A stretch of 64,000 nt of DNA from Candidatus Woesearchaeota archaeon (GCA_016928155.1 JAFGLG010000005.1:128340-192339); one strand, 5' to 3'; shown: positions 51,154 to 61,857, counted from the first letter of the stretch. Notes: generated from the letters alone by a model not told the origin. Numbers and translations: made by a program.

Positions 51154-51984
51154 ATGAAAGAACGCATCACAGTGACTCTTGAATCTGACATCCTAAGACA
51201 GGTGGATCTCTCTGTCGATGGATATACCATCAAGAACAGGTCTCATGCCATAGAAGTGCTCCTCTGCAAAGCCCTCGGCAAAGACAAGGCAGGAACAGCC
51301 CTCATCCTCGCAGGAGGACGGCTGAACAGGCTGAAAGGAACGCTGACAAACATCTCGCCGGTCATGGCACTGGTCAAGAACAAGCCGATCCTGGAGCACA
51401 ATATAGACCTCCTGAAAAGGTACGGGGTGAAGGAGATGATAATATGGATAAACCCCAGATCCCAGGACGTCAAGGATTATTTCGGCGACGGAAGCAGATT
51501 CGGGGTGAGCATCACTTATCTGGATGAAGGGGAGCCACTCGGCACAGGAGCGCCGCTGAAGAAAGCAAGGCCTTTCCTCAAGGAGACATTCATCGTGTGC
51601 AACGGCGATGAGCTCAAGGATGTCAACATAGACGACCTCATGAGATTCCACAGGGACAAGAAAGCAAATGTCACCTTAGCCCTGACCACTGTACAGGACC
51701 CCAGCAAATACGGGGCCGCAAACCTCCATGGGGACAGGGTGATCGACTTCACAGAGAAGCCGAAAAAGGGCACGCATAGCTCAAACCTGATCAATGCCGG
51801 CATCTACATATGCGAACCAAAGGTGATAGACCTCATACCTGATGGTCATGTCGGCATGGAAAAGGACATATTCCCCCTGATCGCCAAAGACAAAAAGCTT
51901 TTCGGGTTCAGCTTCTGCGGCCAATGGTATGACTGCGGAAACCAGGAAGGATATGAAAAGGCACTCAAAGAATGGAAAGGATGA
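51154..51984 (+). CDS. Ribbon-helix-helix + sugar-phosphate nucleotidyltransferase fusion
   Basis: KERITVTL...NRSHAIE RHH; ILAGG, PLGTG, NGDEL, FTEKP, INAGIY, WYDCG. Confidence 0.85.
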   Translation: MKERITVTLESDILRQVDLSVDGYTIKNRSHAIEVLLCKALGKDKAGTALILAGGRLNRLKGTLTNISPVMALVKNKPILEHNIDLLKRYGVKEMIIWINPRSQDVKDYFGDGSRFGVSITYLDEGEPLGTGAPLKKARPFLKETFIVCNGDELKDVNIDDLMRFHRDKKANVTLALTTVQDPSKYGAANLHGDRVIDFTEKPKKGTHSSNLINAGIYICEPKVIDLIPDGHVGMEKDIFPLIAKDKKLFGFSFCGQWYDCGNQEGYEKALKEWKG

Positions 51985-51992
51985 ATGCTTCC

Positions 51993-52931
51993 CTACCTGA
52001 AATGATCATAGCCGCGGCCAAACTCCATAATCTTATTATTGTATGAAAGGACACATCCCCCGGATGTTATGACCCCTACAATGAAATATCTGCATCTTAT
52101 CTTACCAAGATTTTTCCGAGGGATAGTGAAGAGCAGCTCATAATCCTCACCGCCGTAAAGAGCCAGCTTATACGGGTCCAGTCCCATCTTCCCAGATACC
52201 CTGATCAGCTCTCCGCTGACAGGAACAAAGGAATGGTATATCCTGCATCCTTTCTTCGAAAGGCGGCAGATATGCCTGAGATCAGTCGCGAGCCCGTCAC
52301 TAAGGTCTATCATTGAGGTGGCAAAAGGAGCGATCTTCCTTGACAAATCCAGCCTGGCCCTTGGTTCAAGATGACGCCTGACAAGCGATGACTTTATCTT
52401 CCTATTTATGCAAAGCCTGCCAGCCTCTGACTCCCCGAGATGGCCTGTCACACAGATAAGGTCTCCGGACCTTGCAGTGCTCCGAAGCGAAATATCCTTC
52501 TTCTTCACAGACCCGGTCATGGCGACATTTATTATCAGTTTCTCAGACTTTGAGGTGTCACCGCCGATGATATCGATCCCGTGCCTCCTGCATGCCAGGC
52601 CCATCCCCTTGTAGATGCTCTTGACATAATCAAGGCCCACTTCAGGAAGCCCTATCGAGACAAGGCAATATTCAGGGGTGCCCCCTATTGCGGCAATATC
52701 AGAAACATTGACTTCGATAGCTTTCATGCCTATCTGCTCAGGAGTGAAATACTTCCTGGAGAAGTGAACATCCTCAATTAGGATATCGGTCGTATACACA
52801 TGGAACTCGCTTTTCCTTGATGACCTCACAACAGCAACATCATCATCAATGCCGACGACAACATCCCTGTTCCTGGGCCTCCTCTTAATGCTCTCCAAAA
52901 GATGGACCTCATCCCTTATCTTGCCGCTCAT
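51993..52931 (-). CDS. thiL: Thiamine-monophosphate kinase
   Basis: IDDDVA, NVSDIAAIG, GGDT, IDLSDGL, GGEDYELLFT. Confidence 0.95.
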   Translation of the reverse strand: MSGKIRDEVHLLESIKRRPRNRDVVVGIDDDVAVVRSSRKSEFHVYTTDILIEDVHFSRKYFTPEQIGMKAIEVNVSDIAAIGGTPEYCLVSIGLPEVGLDYVKSIYKGMGLACRRHGIDIIGGDTSKSEKLIINVAMTGSVKKKDISLRSTARSGDLICVTGHLGESEAGRLCINRKIKSSLVRRHLEPRARLDLSRKIAPFATSMIDLSDGLATDLRHICRLSKKGCRIYHSFVPVSGELIRVSGKMGLDPYKLALYGGEDYELLFTIPRKNLGKIRCRYFIVGVITSGGCVLSYNNKIMEFGRGYDHFR

Positions 52932-52952
52932 CCCAGCAACCCCATTTCCTGT

Positions 52953-53582
52953 TCACCCAATCAGCTCCAGATACTTCCTGATCTGGAAACTTATGTCAGG
53001 CGCATTCAATATCGCAGATATCATGGCCACACTGCTGGCGCCTGCTTCCAGGACACAGGACATGTTCGAATAATCAATGCCGCCAATAGCGACAATCGGC
53101 AGACCAACAGCTGAATGGATCTCCCTTACCAGCCCTATGCCGACAGGAGGACCAGCATCACCTTTGGTTACTGTACCATAGATCGGACCCACCCCAAGAT
53201 AATCAGCGCCACCCTCCTTAGCCGCAAGAGCATGCTTCATCTCGCTGCAGGAAACCCCTAAAATCCTGCCACCGATTATCTCCCTTATCTCATGAAAAGT
53301 CCTGCTGCACAGGTCATTCTGACCAAGATGGACCCCGTCTGCATCAACCTTCTCGCACAACTCAGGATAATCATTGATGATGAAAGTTGCATGATGATCC
53401 CTTGTGAGATGACGCAGCCTAAGAGCTTCAGACTCGAGGTCTTCAGGACTGATATTCTTCGCCCTCAGCTGAATAATCCTGGCGCCGCCCTCAAGCATCC
53501 TCTGGACCTGATCATAGAGGGGCAATGCACAAAATTCAGTGTCAGTTATGCAATAAAGCCTTGCCGGGAAATCAAATTCCAT
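52953..53582 (-). CDS. thiE: Thiamine-phosphate synthase
   Basis: QLRAK, IINDY, GVHLGQND, GPIYGTVTK, VAIGGI. Confidence 0.95.
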   Translation of the reverse strand: MEFDFPARLYCITDTEFCALPLYDQVQRMLEGGARIIQLRAKNISPEDLESEALRLRHLTRDHHATFIINDYPELCEKVDADGVHLGQNDLCSRTFHEIREIIGGRILGVSCSEMKHALAAKEGGADYLGVGPIYGTVTKGDAGPPVGIGLVREIHSAVGLPIVAIGGIDYSNMSCVLEAGASSVAMISAILNAPDISFQIRKYLELIG

Positions 53583-53726
53583 TAGACAACAGAATAGGTG
53601 ATGATTAATAAAAATTATGTATTTTCAATGAATTCTCAATTCTGTAGATACATGGAAATAACGATTTCATGAATAATCTATAATGATTTCATAAATAATA
53701 TAAAGGGCCCTTAGCTCTTTCAATGC

Positions 53727-54710
53727 ATGATATGCCTAGGGATAGAGAGTACAGCACACACATTCGGAGCAGGGATCGTCAAAGGGAAGAAAGTCCTTGC
53801 AAATGCCATGGATTCCTTCACAACAGAGAAAGGCGGCATGATACCCTCAGATGTGGCAGAACACCACATCCAGGCATGTGATGAAGTCATCAATAAAGCA
53901 CTCTCCCAAGCAGGAATCACGCTTGCGGATATTGACCTGATCGCTTATTCAAGAAGCCCGGGAATAGGACATACGCTCAGGATCGGGGCAGTGGCTGCAA
54001 AATCACTGGCAATCCGGCTTGGAGTGCCGATTGTCGGGGTGAACCATTGTGTCGCACATCTAGAGATAGGGAGACTTCTGACAAAGGCTAAGGATCCAGT
54101 GCTGCTGTATGCATCAGGGGCAAATACCCAGGTCATAGCATATGAAGCAGGGAAATACAGGGTATTCGGAGAGACGCTTGACATCGGGATAGGCAATTTG
54201 CTTGATGCATTCGCCAGATCGATGGGGCTCGGATTCCCAGGAGGCAAAAAAATATATGATCTCGGCCTGAAAGGCAAGAACTACATCGAACTGCCCTATA
54301 GAGTCAAGGGCATGGATGTGAGCTTCGGCGGGCTTCTCACAAATGTCAAGCAAAAAGCAAAATCAGGAGAGCACAAGATAGAAGACATCTGCTACAGCCT
54401 GCAGGAGACAGTGTATGCAATGCTTGTCGAGGTGAGCGAGAGGGCTATGGCCCATACAGGCAAACAAGAACTGCTCCTCGGCGGAGGAGTGGCGTGCAAC
54501 AAACGTCTCCAGGATATGGCGCAGAAGATGTGCAAGGAAAGGGGAGCCATATGCTTTGTGCTCGATAACCAATTCAATGTAGATAATGGGGCGATGATAG
54601 CCTGGCTAGGCATGCTCGAGCATGAAGCAGGGAATTCCAATATGGATCATGGCTCATGGGGGATAGACCCTTATGAAAGGACTGATGACATCAAAGTCAA
54701 CTGGCGATAG
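53727..54710 (+). CDS. kae1: KEOPS t6A synthase Kae1
   Basis: LGIESTAHT, VNHCVAHLE, SGANT, GETLD, GGGVA, DNGAMIA. Confidence 0.96.
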   Translation: MICLGIESTAHTFGAGIVKGKKVLANAMDSFTTEKGGMIPSDVAEHHIQACDEVINKALSQAGITLADIDLIAYSRSPGIGHTLRIGAVAAKSLAIRLGVPIVGVNHCVAHLEIGRLLTKAKDPVLLYASGANTQVIAYEAGKYRVFGETLDIGIGNLLDAFARSMGLGFPGGKKIYDLGLKGKNYIELPYRVKGMDVSFGGLLTNVKQKAKSGEHKIEDICYSLQETVYAMLVEVSERAMAHTGKQELLLGGGVACNKRLQDMAQKMCKERGAICFVLDNQFNVDNGAMIAWLGMLEHEAGNSNMDHGSWGIDPYERTDDIKVNWR

Positions 54711-55218
54711 AATCCAGGAACTTCGTCTTCTCGATTATCAATGCAATAGCGATGACAAAAGGCACAGAGACAATGAGCCTTAACAGGAGGAACCTGAATC
54801 CGAGGAATGAGAGCTCGAATATCTCCTCCACAAACTTGAAAGTGGACCAGGCACCGATGAACAATGCGACATTCAGGAGCCTGGCACCTTTCTTCCTCAT
54901 GGCAGCTGCCAAGGGAAAAGCCAGGTAAAGAGGTCCGAGCATGACAGTGCCAAGCATGAAGCTCAGGACAGCCCCTTTCACTCCAGAAGCCTTCCCCAGG
55001 CGCTTGACAACAGCTTCCTTAGGGACCCATACCTCAAAAAGGCCCATCAGGATGAAAAATCCTGGGAGAAAATACAATATCATTAGAAGATGGCTGAAAT
55101 CCGCCTCCAGAATCATGCTCCTGTAAAAATCAGGCCACTTCAGCATTGTCACAAGCATGACTGCAATTATCATGGTCAGAATTGCCTTGTGATGGTGGTT
55201 CTTCATCCTATGGATCAA
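54697..55218 (-). CDS. Permease subunit (DUF318/ArsP-like)
   Basis: GLFEVWVP...GPLYLAFPLA...GAW; paired with the adjacent permease. Confidence 0.75.
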   Translation of the reverse strand: MIHRMKNHHHKAILTMIIAVMLVTMLKWPDFYRSMILEADFSHLLMILYFLPGFFILMGLFEVWVPKEAVVKRLGKASGVKGAVLSFMLGTVMLGPLYLAFPLAAAMRKKGARLLNVALFIGAWSTFKFVEEIFELSFLGFRFLLLRLIVSVPFVIAIALIIEKTKFLDSIAS

Positions 55219-55700
55219 TATACCACCCCGATAATCGCACCTACTAATATAGCAGCCACGAGGCCAAGGCTGTTCCTCACAAGAGCGAAACGCCAGCCCA
55301 TCTCCTTGATCTCTATAGGGAGACTGAAAGAGTGCACCATTATCAGGCTTGTTATCAGAACACCGATAAAACCAGGGTTGACACCGCTTGAAAGGAGCTG
55401 GCCTGCAATCGGGAATGTGATGAATTCTGGGATATGCACAATGGCACCCAGCAAAGCAGCGAGGACATAGCCCTTCAGGCCGGGATTGGCAGAAATTTCA
55501 GTAATAATGCCTTCATAAGAAAACAGCTTCTGGATGAACAATAGGACAAGTATCACTATTATCAGCAGAGGGAATATCTTCTGGAAAGATCTCCAGGCCA
55601 GGCGCAGTGACTCATTTGTCTTATTATTATCACGCCTGAAGAAGCAAACAAGCACTGTAAAGACAACAATATTAAAAATTATCGGCACAATCATCGTCAA
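55215..55700 (-). CDS. Permease subunit (DUF318/ArsP-like)
   Basis: LAALLGAIVHIP..ITFPIA...LPIEIK..G.RFALVRN. Confidence 0.75.
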   Translation of the reverse strand: MTMIVPIIFNIVVFTVLVCFFRRDNNKTNESLRLAWRSFQKIFPLLIIVILVLLFIQKLFSYEGIITEISANPGLKGYVLAALLGAIVHIPEFITFPIAGQLLSSGVNPGFIGVLITSLIMVHSFSLPIEIKEMGWRFALVRNSLGLVAAILVGAIIGVVY

Positions 55701-55846
55701 CTAAAACAAATATGTGTTTAAAAAGTTTATCTAATGCTCTGAGGAAGAGAAAGAGAGAAAAATAAAGCGAAAGAGAGAAAGAAATGAAGAGAAAGAGATA
55801 GAGAGAATAATCCACATCTCCAAAACCAGATAAGCCAAAAACCGGA

Positions 55847-56557
55847 TCAGGACTTAAGCAGATAAGAAATGGTGTATCTCCTGTCAATGCTCAATACATC
55901 CTGCGGAACCCTGAATGAGGCCTTCATCTTATCCAAGACCACATTGAACACAACATAAGAACCTGTGATGCCCAAAGTGAATGCGAGGCGCTCAATGACA
56001 ACAACAGGGATAAGCATCAGCCACTGCTCAGGTGCCATAGGCACAGCATACATCCAGGCAGCGCTCCCGACTGCGTGGGCAGTGAAAGTCGATCCCAGGC
56101 TCTTCAGCAGAAGGTTGTCAGAATACCTCTTTGGGAGGATCTTGACAATGACTGGGATCCACCAGAACATCGCATAAAGCCATGCAGCCCTCCCTGTCGG
56201 GTTAGCGATGAACAGAGCCATGCAGACAAGAGGGACAGCAATGCCGATGTATCTTCTCTTTGAACCAAAATATATCGCTGCAAATACCATGGGGGTCAGC
56301 CTAATCATGTTTATCAGGGTGAATGCCTTGCCGAATATCAGGTAATCGGCAATCTGCGCCCCAAGAACAGATATCGCACCAAAAACAGGGCCTAGAAAAG
56401 CTCCTGCAATAGGACCGAAAAACTGGAAAAGAGTGAAGTACTGGGCTTCTGATCCTATCACGCTTGAGAAATTGAGCCTGTTCGCAACAAACACCACTGC
56501 AATGAACAGCCCGAGGAATGCAATCCTTTTGACACTGAAGATCTCCTGAATTTTCAT
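55847..56557 (-). CDS. Membrane protein, ECF S-component-like
   Basis: Multiple TMs; FTLFQFFGPIAGAFLGP...G, TAHAVG, LIPVVVIER. Confidence 0.7.
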   Translation of the reverse strand: MKIQEIFSVKRIAFLGLFIAVVFVANRLNFSSVIGSEAQYFTLFQFFGPIAGAFLGPVFGAISVLGAQIADYLIFGKAFTLINMIRLTPMVFAAIYFGSKRRYIGIAVPLVCMALFIANPTGRAAWLYAMFWWIPVIVKILPKRYSDNLLLKSLGSTFTAHAVGSAAWMYAVPMAPEQWLMLIPVVVIERLAFTLGITGSYVVFNVVLDKMKASFRVPQDVLSIDRRYTISYLLKS

Positions 56558-56658
56558 GATACAAGTGAATCTTAAGGCATCATATAAAAAGTTTTCTGGC
56601 ATTAAACAGCATGATCATGAGTAGAATTTGTATTCCTGCAGTGATGAATCTTATCAAT

Positions 56659-56817
56659 TCACTTTGTGTGCGACTTCCTGAACTTCTTCTCTAATTCAGG
56701 AGGGAACTCATTCAGGATAAGACCGCACTCCCTGCATACCAGCTCATCATCCTTCTTGCTGTAAGCCACATCAGGGCTGCCGCAATCAGGGCATTCCTTA
56801 AGATCTGAAAGCTTCAT
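56659..56817 (-). CDS. Stand-alone TFIIB-type zinc ribbon (52 aa; not in ORF track)
   Basis: ECPDCGSPDVAYSKKDDELVCRECGLIL; TTTATAT box upstream. Confidence 0.8.
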   Translation of the reverse strand: MKLSDLKECPDCGSPDVAYSKKDDELVCRECGLILNEFPPELEKKFRKSHTK

Positions 56818-56921
56818 ATCAGGCCAGAAATCGGATTGTCAATATAAATATTTTGCTGTGAGAGCCCTGAACAATTAAGGATGTGCTAGAAATGTGAGAA
56901 TGAGCTATTCCAGACAGGAAG

Positions 56922-59045
56922 TTATTTTGCTGTTTTTCTTGCTTCGATTATCTGATCAAGGATCTTCTGCCTGCCTCTCCACTCAAGGGCCTGCTCGAGG
57001 ACTTCGCTCAGTGTGTCAACAGGTATGATCGTTATTTTCTTCAGCGTCTCTGCTTCAAGCACAATATCCTTCATATTGGACCTTGGCACAATCACATTCC
57101 TGATGCCTGCCTCAGCAACTGCCTCAACCTTGGATGAGACACCCCCGACAGGAAGGACTTCCCCCCTCACAGAAAGGGAGCCTGTCATCGCAAAATTCTG
57201 CTTCACAGGGATCCCCTTAAGGGCGCTGATCACTGCTGTGGCGACAGCTATAGATGCAGAATCCCCTTCAACACCCTCATAGGTCTGGAGGAACTGGACA
57301 TATATATCATACTTGCCCTTGATGTCCTCGCCGAAATACCTCTTCACGATAGCAGAGACATTCTTCACAGCCTCCTTTGCAATTGTCCCCAGCTTGCCGG
57401 TCGCAATGAACTGGTTCTCCTTGCCGCCGAAAGTCACCTGGGCCTCGATAGGGAGTATTATCCCAGACAGGGCGCTTCCGCTTCCCATGACAGCCAGTCC
57501 GTTAACCCTCCCGACTGTCCTGCCTCTTATCTTGATGACCTCATAATCCTTCTTGCGCTCTATGTACTTGTCAGCTATCTGCTGTTCGAGCGTCCTGGCA
57601 ATCTTCAAAGCTTCCAGGATATGCTTCCTCTCGACAATCTGGGCATTCTTCTCAACAGCCAGGTCACCTGCAGCCCTGACCAACCCACCGAGCTCTCTCA
57701 GCCTCAATGTGAGATGCCCTTTCCTGTTAGCCATCTTCCTCGCCTCATTGAGTATCTGCGAGACAGCCTCTCTCGAGAAATGAGGTATCTTCTTGTCCTT
57801 GTCGACCTCCTGGGCAACAAAGACTGCAATCTTCCTCCTGTTCTCAGGCGTATCAGGAAGCGTCTCATTCATGTAGACCTCATAGCCATAGCCCCTTATC
57901 CTTGACCTGAGCGCAGGGTGCATATGCTTGACTGTCTCAAGATTTCCTGCTGCGACAAGGATGAACCTGCACGGCACAGGCTCTGTCCTGACCATGGCGC
58001 CTGCACTGCGCTCGCTCTGCCCGGTTATCGAATATTTCCCCTCCTGCAGGGAGGTCAGCAGCTCCTGCTGGGTATGAGGCTGGAGAGTCGCTATCTCATC
58101 TATGAAAAGGACACCCATGTGGGCCTTATGTATCATCCCGGCGACAACCCTCTCATGCGCAGGAGTCCCGAGACCGCCGCTCTGGAAAGGATCGTGGAGA
58201 ACATCTCCGAGCAGGGCTCCGGCATGAGCGCCAGTGGCATCCATGAAAGGGGCCTGCTCCTTATTGAAATTATCCACAATGACTTTAGGGACAAGAGTCT
58301 TGGTGTTCATCTTCTTGCCGATGTTCATTATCATTATTATGCCGATGAGGAACATCATGGAGGCGATGAGAGAAGCGGCATAGACGACATCAGGGAGATA
58401 TCCTGTACGCCATGCCCACCAGGGAAGCAGTGAGAACACAACCAAGAGAACAAAAAGGATCACGTTCTGGTTGCGCATGAGCCCCATCGATGAATACCTT
58501 GCCTGATTGACAATCTCCCTGCCCTGGCCAGCAGCGACAGTCCTTATCAAAGGCTGGTTCTCATCATTGGGATTCGGGAAGGAGACTATGTCCATGAGCT
58601 TCTCCTTGGGAAGCAGCTCTGCGAGGGCCAAACCAAGCATGCTCTTCCCTGTCCCAGGCTCGCCTATAAGAAGGACATGCCTCCTCTGGTTTGCGACCTT
58701 CTTTATGACCCTGACAGCCTCATCCTGGCCGATCACCTGGCCTATCATGGTCTTGGAAAGCTCAATATCCTTGGTTGTCTGGAACTCAATGCCTAGGTCA
58801 GACTCATCCACAATCTCATACACCTTGCCATCCTGCGGCAGTGCCTTGTCAGATGCAGCACCCTTGGAAACAACATTCTTGGATTTGGGATCCTTGAACT
58901 TACCACCCTTGGACTTTCCATCCTTGGGCTTACTATCCTTGGTTTTGACATTCCTGGATCCCTGCTTTGCCTTACGGACTGAAGATTTTACAGGCTTCCT
59001 TGAGACATTCTTAGAATCCTTTCCCTTGACAATTTTGCCTGCCAT
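56922..59045 (-). CDS. lonB: Archaeal membrane-bound Lon protease
   Basis: QVIGQ, GEPGTGKS, two TM helices, FIDEI, VEGDSAS, GGVSSK; Lys-rich N-terminal extension. Confidence 0.96.
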   Translation of the reverse strand: MAGKIVKGKDSKNVSRKPVKSSVRKAKQGSRNVKTKDSKPKDGKSKGGKFKDPKSKNVVSKGAASDKALPQDGKVYEIVDESDLGIEFQTTKDIELSKTMIGQVIGQDEAVRVIKKVANQRRHVLLIGEPGTGKSMLGLALAELLPKEKLMDIVSFPNPNDENQPLIRTVAAGQGREIVNQARYSSMGLMRNQNVILFVLLVVFSLLPWWAWRTGYLPDVVYAASLIASMMFLIGIIMIMNIGKKMNTKTLVPKVIVDNFNKEQAPFMDATGAHAGALLGDVLHDPFQSGGLGTPAHERVVAGMIHKAHMGVLFIDEIATLQPHTQQELLTSLQEGKYSITGQSERSAGAMVRTEPVPCRFILVAAGNLETVKHMHPALRSRIRGYGYEVYMNETLPDTPENRRKIAVFVAQEVDKDKKIPHFSREAVSQILNEARKMANRKGHLTLRLRELGGLVRAAGDLAVEKNAQIVERKHILEALKIARTLEQQIADKYIERKKDYEVIKIRGRTVGRVNGLAVMGSGSALSGIILPIEAQVTFGGKENQFIATGKLGTIAKEAVKNVSAIVKRYFGEDIKGKYDIYVQFLQTYEGVEGDSASIAVATAVISALKGIPVKQNFAMTGSLSVRGEVLPVGGVSSKVEAVAEAGIRNVIVPRSNMKDIVLEAETLKKITIIPVDTLSEVLEQALEWRGRQKILDQIIEARKTAK

Positions 59046-59190
59046 CACCCTGCGAACGAGAGGTGCATTTTTAAATTTTATGCAGAATAAGTCAAGAGAA
59101 CAGCGAAAAAACAGAGCAAAAATGCAATATTTCCGGGTTTTCCTGAAAAACGTTTATATTGCAGGATAACCCCCATATTCCGGGATTGAT

Positions 59191-59541
59191 ATGGATGAGA
59201 AACTGCTGCTGAAAGGTGCATTGATCGGAAGCATCATAGGACTTATAGGGCTGCTTGTGACAGGAGCCACAAGCGAGAGCATAAAGGACTATGAAAACAA
59301 GGAAATGCTGGATTATGGAAGCGAAATGAGAGCAGAAGGAGTCATAGATTCAATAAGCTCAAACGGCAACATGAGCTTCATAACACTCAAAAGAGAGACT
59401 GAACTCGGGATAATACTGTTTGACAGCTATCCCCTGCCATTAGAAAAAGGGGACAGGATCGAGATAAGGGGCACATTGGATGAATACAATGGCGAAGATG
59501 AGCTGATAGCGAGCGAGATAAGGCTGATATCAAGGCAGTAA
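59191..59541 (+). CDS. Membrane-anchored OB-fold protein
   Basis: N-terminal TM; GDRIEIRGTLDEYNGEDEL OB-fold pattern. Confidence 0.75.
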   Translation: MDEKLLLKGALIGSIIGLIGLLVTGATSESIKDYENKEMLDYGSEMRAEGVIDSISSNGNMSFITLKRETELGIILFDSYPLPLEKGDRIEIRGTLDEYNGEDELIASEIRLISRQ

Positions 59542-59595
59542 CATCAGCATAATCAGGCAACAAACTATATAAATAAACATATCTCAACATGAACC

Positions 59596-60777
59596 ATGAA
59601 CCCGCAGCACAGAAAGACAGAGCATAAGTTATCAATGCCCATAATCTCTCTCTTGATATTCTTCTCACTGGCAATTCAGGCATCCGGCGGGATCTCAATA
59701 CAGTATGAATGCTATGAAAACAGGTGCACAGCCAATGATTTCATAAAATGGGAAGTGAATTTCGTCAATGATGCTGAAGTCGGATTCACCATCAAGAGCA
59801 TCCAGCTCGTGAACTCTAAGGATGCAGTTATTGCGCAGAAGATAGGAATAAACAGATTCCTGAATCCCGAGGAAAGCATATTATCATCATTCTCAGGCAC
59901 AGTGCCTGCGCCAGACCAGGGCGACAAAGTGCTCTACAAGCCCTGCCTAGTCATAGAGATAGACGAGACAGAGAGCACCCTCTGCGCGCCAGAATACCTC
60001 AACCTCACTGTCGAGGAATTCGAAGGGGAATGCATGCTCGACACTGACTGCGAATATGGGTATGAATGCGTGGACAATACCTGCCAGGCAAGCGGGTGCG
60101 GATACTGCCAGTATTATCTCAATGGAAAATGCTTCGAATATGACTGCTGCAAGGATTCAGAATGCCTTTATGATGAGGTATGCGATGAGCACAGATGCCA
60201 GAAGCTGTCCTGCGGCACACTGGAACACCCGGAAGACCACGGATGCGTATCAGGATGCAGGACTGATGAATACCTGTCAAACGGCGAGTGCGTCAGGCTC
60301 GAATGCAGCTATGACGAGAGGGCAGAGAACCATTTCTGCATGCCCCTGAACTGCGGCGATGATGAGTATGCGAGCAACCATGAGTGCATCAAGCTGCAAT
60401 GCGCGCCGGATGAGTATGCATCAGGGCACAGATGCATCAAGCTGCAATGCGCAGACGATGAGCTTGCGACAGAAGGAGGATGCGTCAAGCTCCAATGCGA
60501 TGATGACGAGTATGTGTTCAATCACGAGTGCAAGAAGCTCATATGCGCATATGATGAATTCATATCAAACCACAAATGCGTGAAGCTGAACTGCGCAGAG
60601 GATGAGAAAGCAGAGCATCACACATGCGTCAAGCTCAACTGCGGAGCCCTCCAGAAAACAGTGAACCACCAGTGCACAGGCGGCGGCCTGCTGGTCTTTG
60701 TGCTGCTCGGCCTGTTCATAGGGGCTGTCCTGATAATATTCGTGGCATTCCTTCTCTCAAACATGAGCAGGGTCTGA
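59596..60777 (+). CDS. Cys-rich repeat surface protein with C-terminal TM anchor
   Basis: Signal peptide (start may be 59635); about ten ~16-aa CxxDE...HxCxKL repeats; C-terminal TM. Confidence 0.8.
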   Translation: MNPQHRKTEHKLSMPIISLLIFFSLAIQASGGISIQYECYENRCTANDFIKWEVNFVNDAEVGFTIKSIQLVNSKDAVIAQKIGINRFLNPEESILSSFSGTVPAPDQGDKVLYKPCLVIEIDETESTLCAPEYLNLTVEEFEGECMLDTDCEYGYECVDNTCQASGCGYCQYYLNGKCFEYDCCKDSECLYDEVCDEHRCQKLSCGTLEHPEDHGCVSGCRTDEYLSNGECVRLECSYDERAENHFCMPLNCGDDEYASNHECIKLQCAPDEYASGHRCIKLQCADDELATEGGCVKLQCDDDEYVFNHECKKLICAYDEFISNHKCVKLNCAEDEKAEHHTCVKLNCGALQKTVNHQCTGGGLLVFVLLGLFIGAVLIIFVAFLLSNMSRV

Positions 60778-60780
60778 TCC

Positions 60781-61857
60781 CTAAGTCCTTACGACCGCAC
60801 TGCTGCCGGAAAGCCTGTCTGCGAAACCTGCCCCTGCATAATACCCCCTTCTTGAATATACATCGAACAATGTGTCGAATAAGGTGCGCCTGGTCTCAAA
60901 CCTCCTGAACTCGACAGTCAGGTTCAGCTCTGCCCCCAAATAATCCGCCACATCCTCCTTATAGCCGAGCTGGTCGACAAGGCCAAGCTCAAGAGCCTGC
61001 TTGCCGATATAGAATTTTGCTGATGAAATCTCACTGATCTGATCATCGCTCAGCTGCCTCTTCTCTGCGACATCATCAAGGAACATAGCATGTATCATGT
61101 CAATCGCATCCTGGAGATAAAACCTCTCATTGTCCCCAAGCTTCCTGAAAGGCACTCCAGCATCCTTATATTCACCAGAGACAAGCCTCTCATAGCTCAC
61201 ATTATATCTCTCCATGAGCCCGGAGAACTCGAGATATGAAGAGATGACACCCACACTCCCTGTTATTGACATAGGGGAACAGATTATATGGTCAGCTGCA
61301 GAGGCGATCCAGTAAGCGCCTGAGGTCCCAGACTCCCTGATCCATGCCACAGTAGGCTTCCCTACAGACTCCACTGCCCTGACGATTTCTTCAGAGGCGA
61401 CAGCGCCTCCTCCAGGAGAATTAATCTCAAACACAATTGCCTTGATCGTGTCATCCTCATCCGCGTCTTCGATATGCCTGATGACATCATCAGACAGGAC
61501 AGTGCTCTCGTCAAGGAAACCCCCGTCGCTGGTCGCGATGACCCCCTTTATCGGGATGAGCGCGACATTACCCTCACGATCCGGCACAGAGAACATCTGG
61601 ATGCAGCTTGACAGCATGAAACTGAATGCTGAAAGCAGTATGATGACCAACAAAACAGTGCCCCACTTCCGGGAATTAGCCCCGGACCTGACATCCTTCA
61701 CAGCAGGCGCAGGCCTGTATTCCTCGGGTATATCCTTATAAGGATCCTCTACAGATTTGACCTCTTGATTAGCGTCAGACTTTACCTGTGACTTAACAAC
61801 AGATCCAACCTCAGACTTATCTGCAGGCTTTAGTTTCCGGACATTCTGTTTCTTCAT
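60781..61857 (-). CDS. sppA: Signal peptide peptidase SppA (S49)
   Basis: INSPGG, SGAYWIASAAD, TGSVGV, GEYKD, ALELGLVD. Confidence 0.93.
   Translation of the reverse strand: MKKQNVRKLKPADKSEVGSVVKSQVKSDANQEVKSVEDPYKDIPEEYRPAPAVKDVRSGANSRKWGTVLLVIILLSAFSFMLSSCIQMFSVPDREGNVALIPIKGVIATSDGGFLDESTVLSDDVIRHIEDADEDDTIKAIVFEINSPGGGAVASEEIVRAVESVGKPTVAWIRESGTSGAYWIASAADHIICSPMSITGSVGVISSYLEFSGLMERYNVSYERLVSGEYKDAGVPFRKLGDNERFYLQDAIDMIHAMFLDDVAEKRQLSDDQISEISSAKFYIGKQALELGLVDQLGYKEDVADYLGAELNLTVEFRRFETRRTLFDTLFDVYSRRGYYAGAGFADRLSGSSAVVRT

Noticed and set aside
60300-60660. CRISPR-like array from ~48-bp periodic repeats
   Set aside because: Repeats are in-frame coding units of a Cys-rich protein with no unique spacers; no cas genes in the window.
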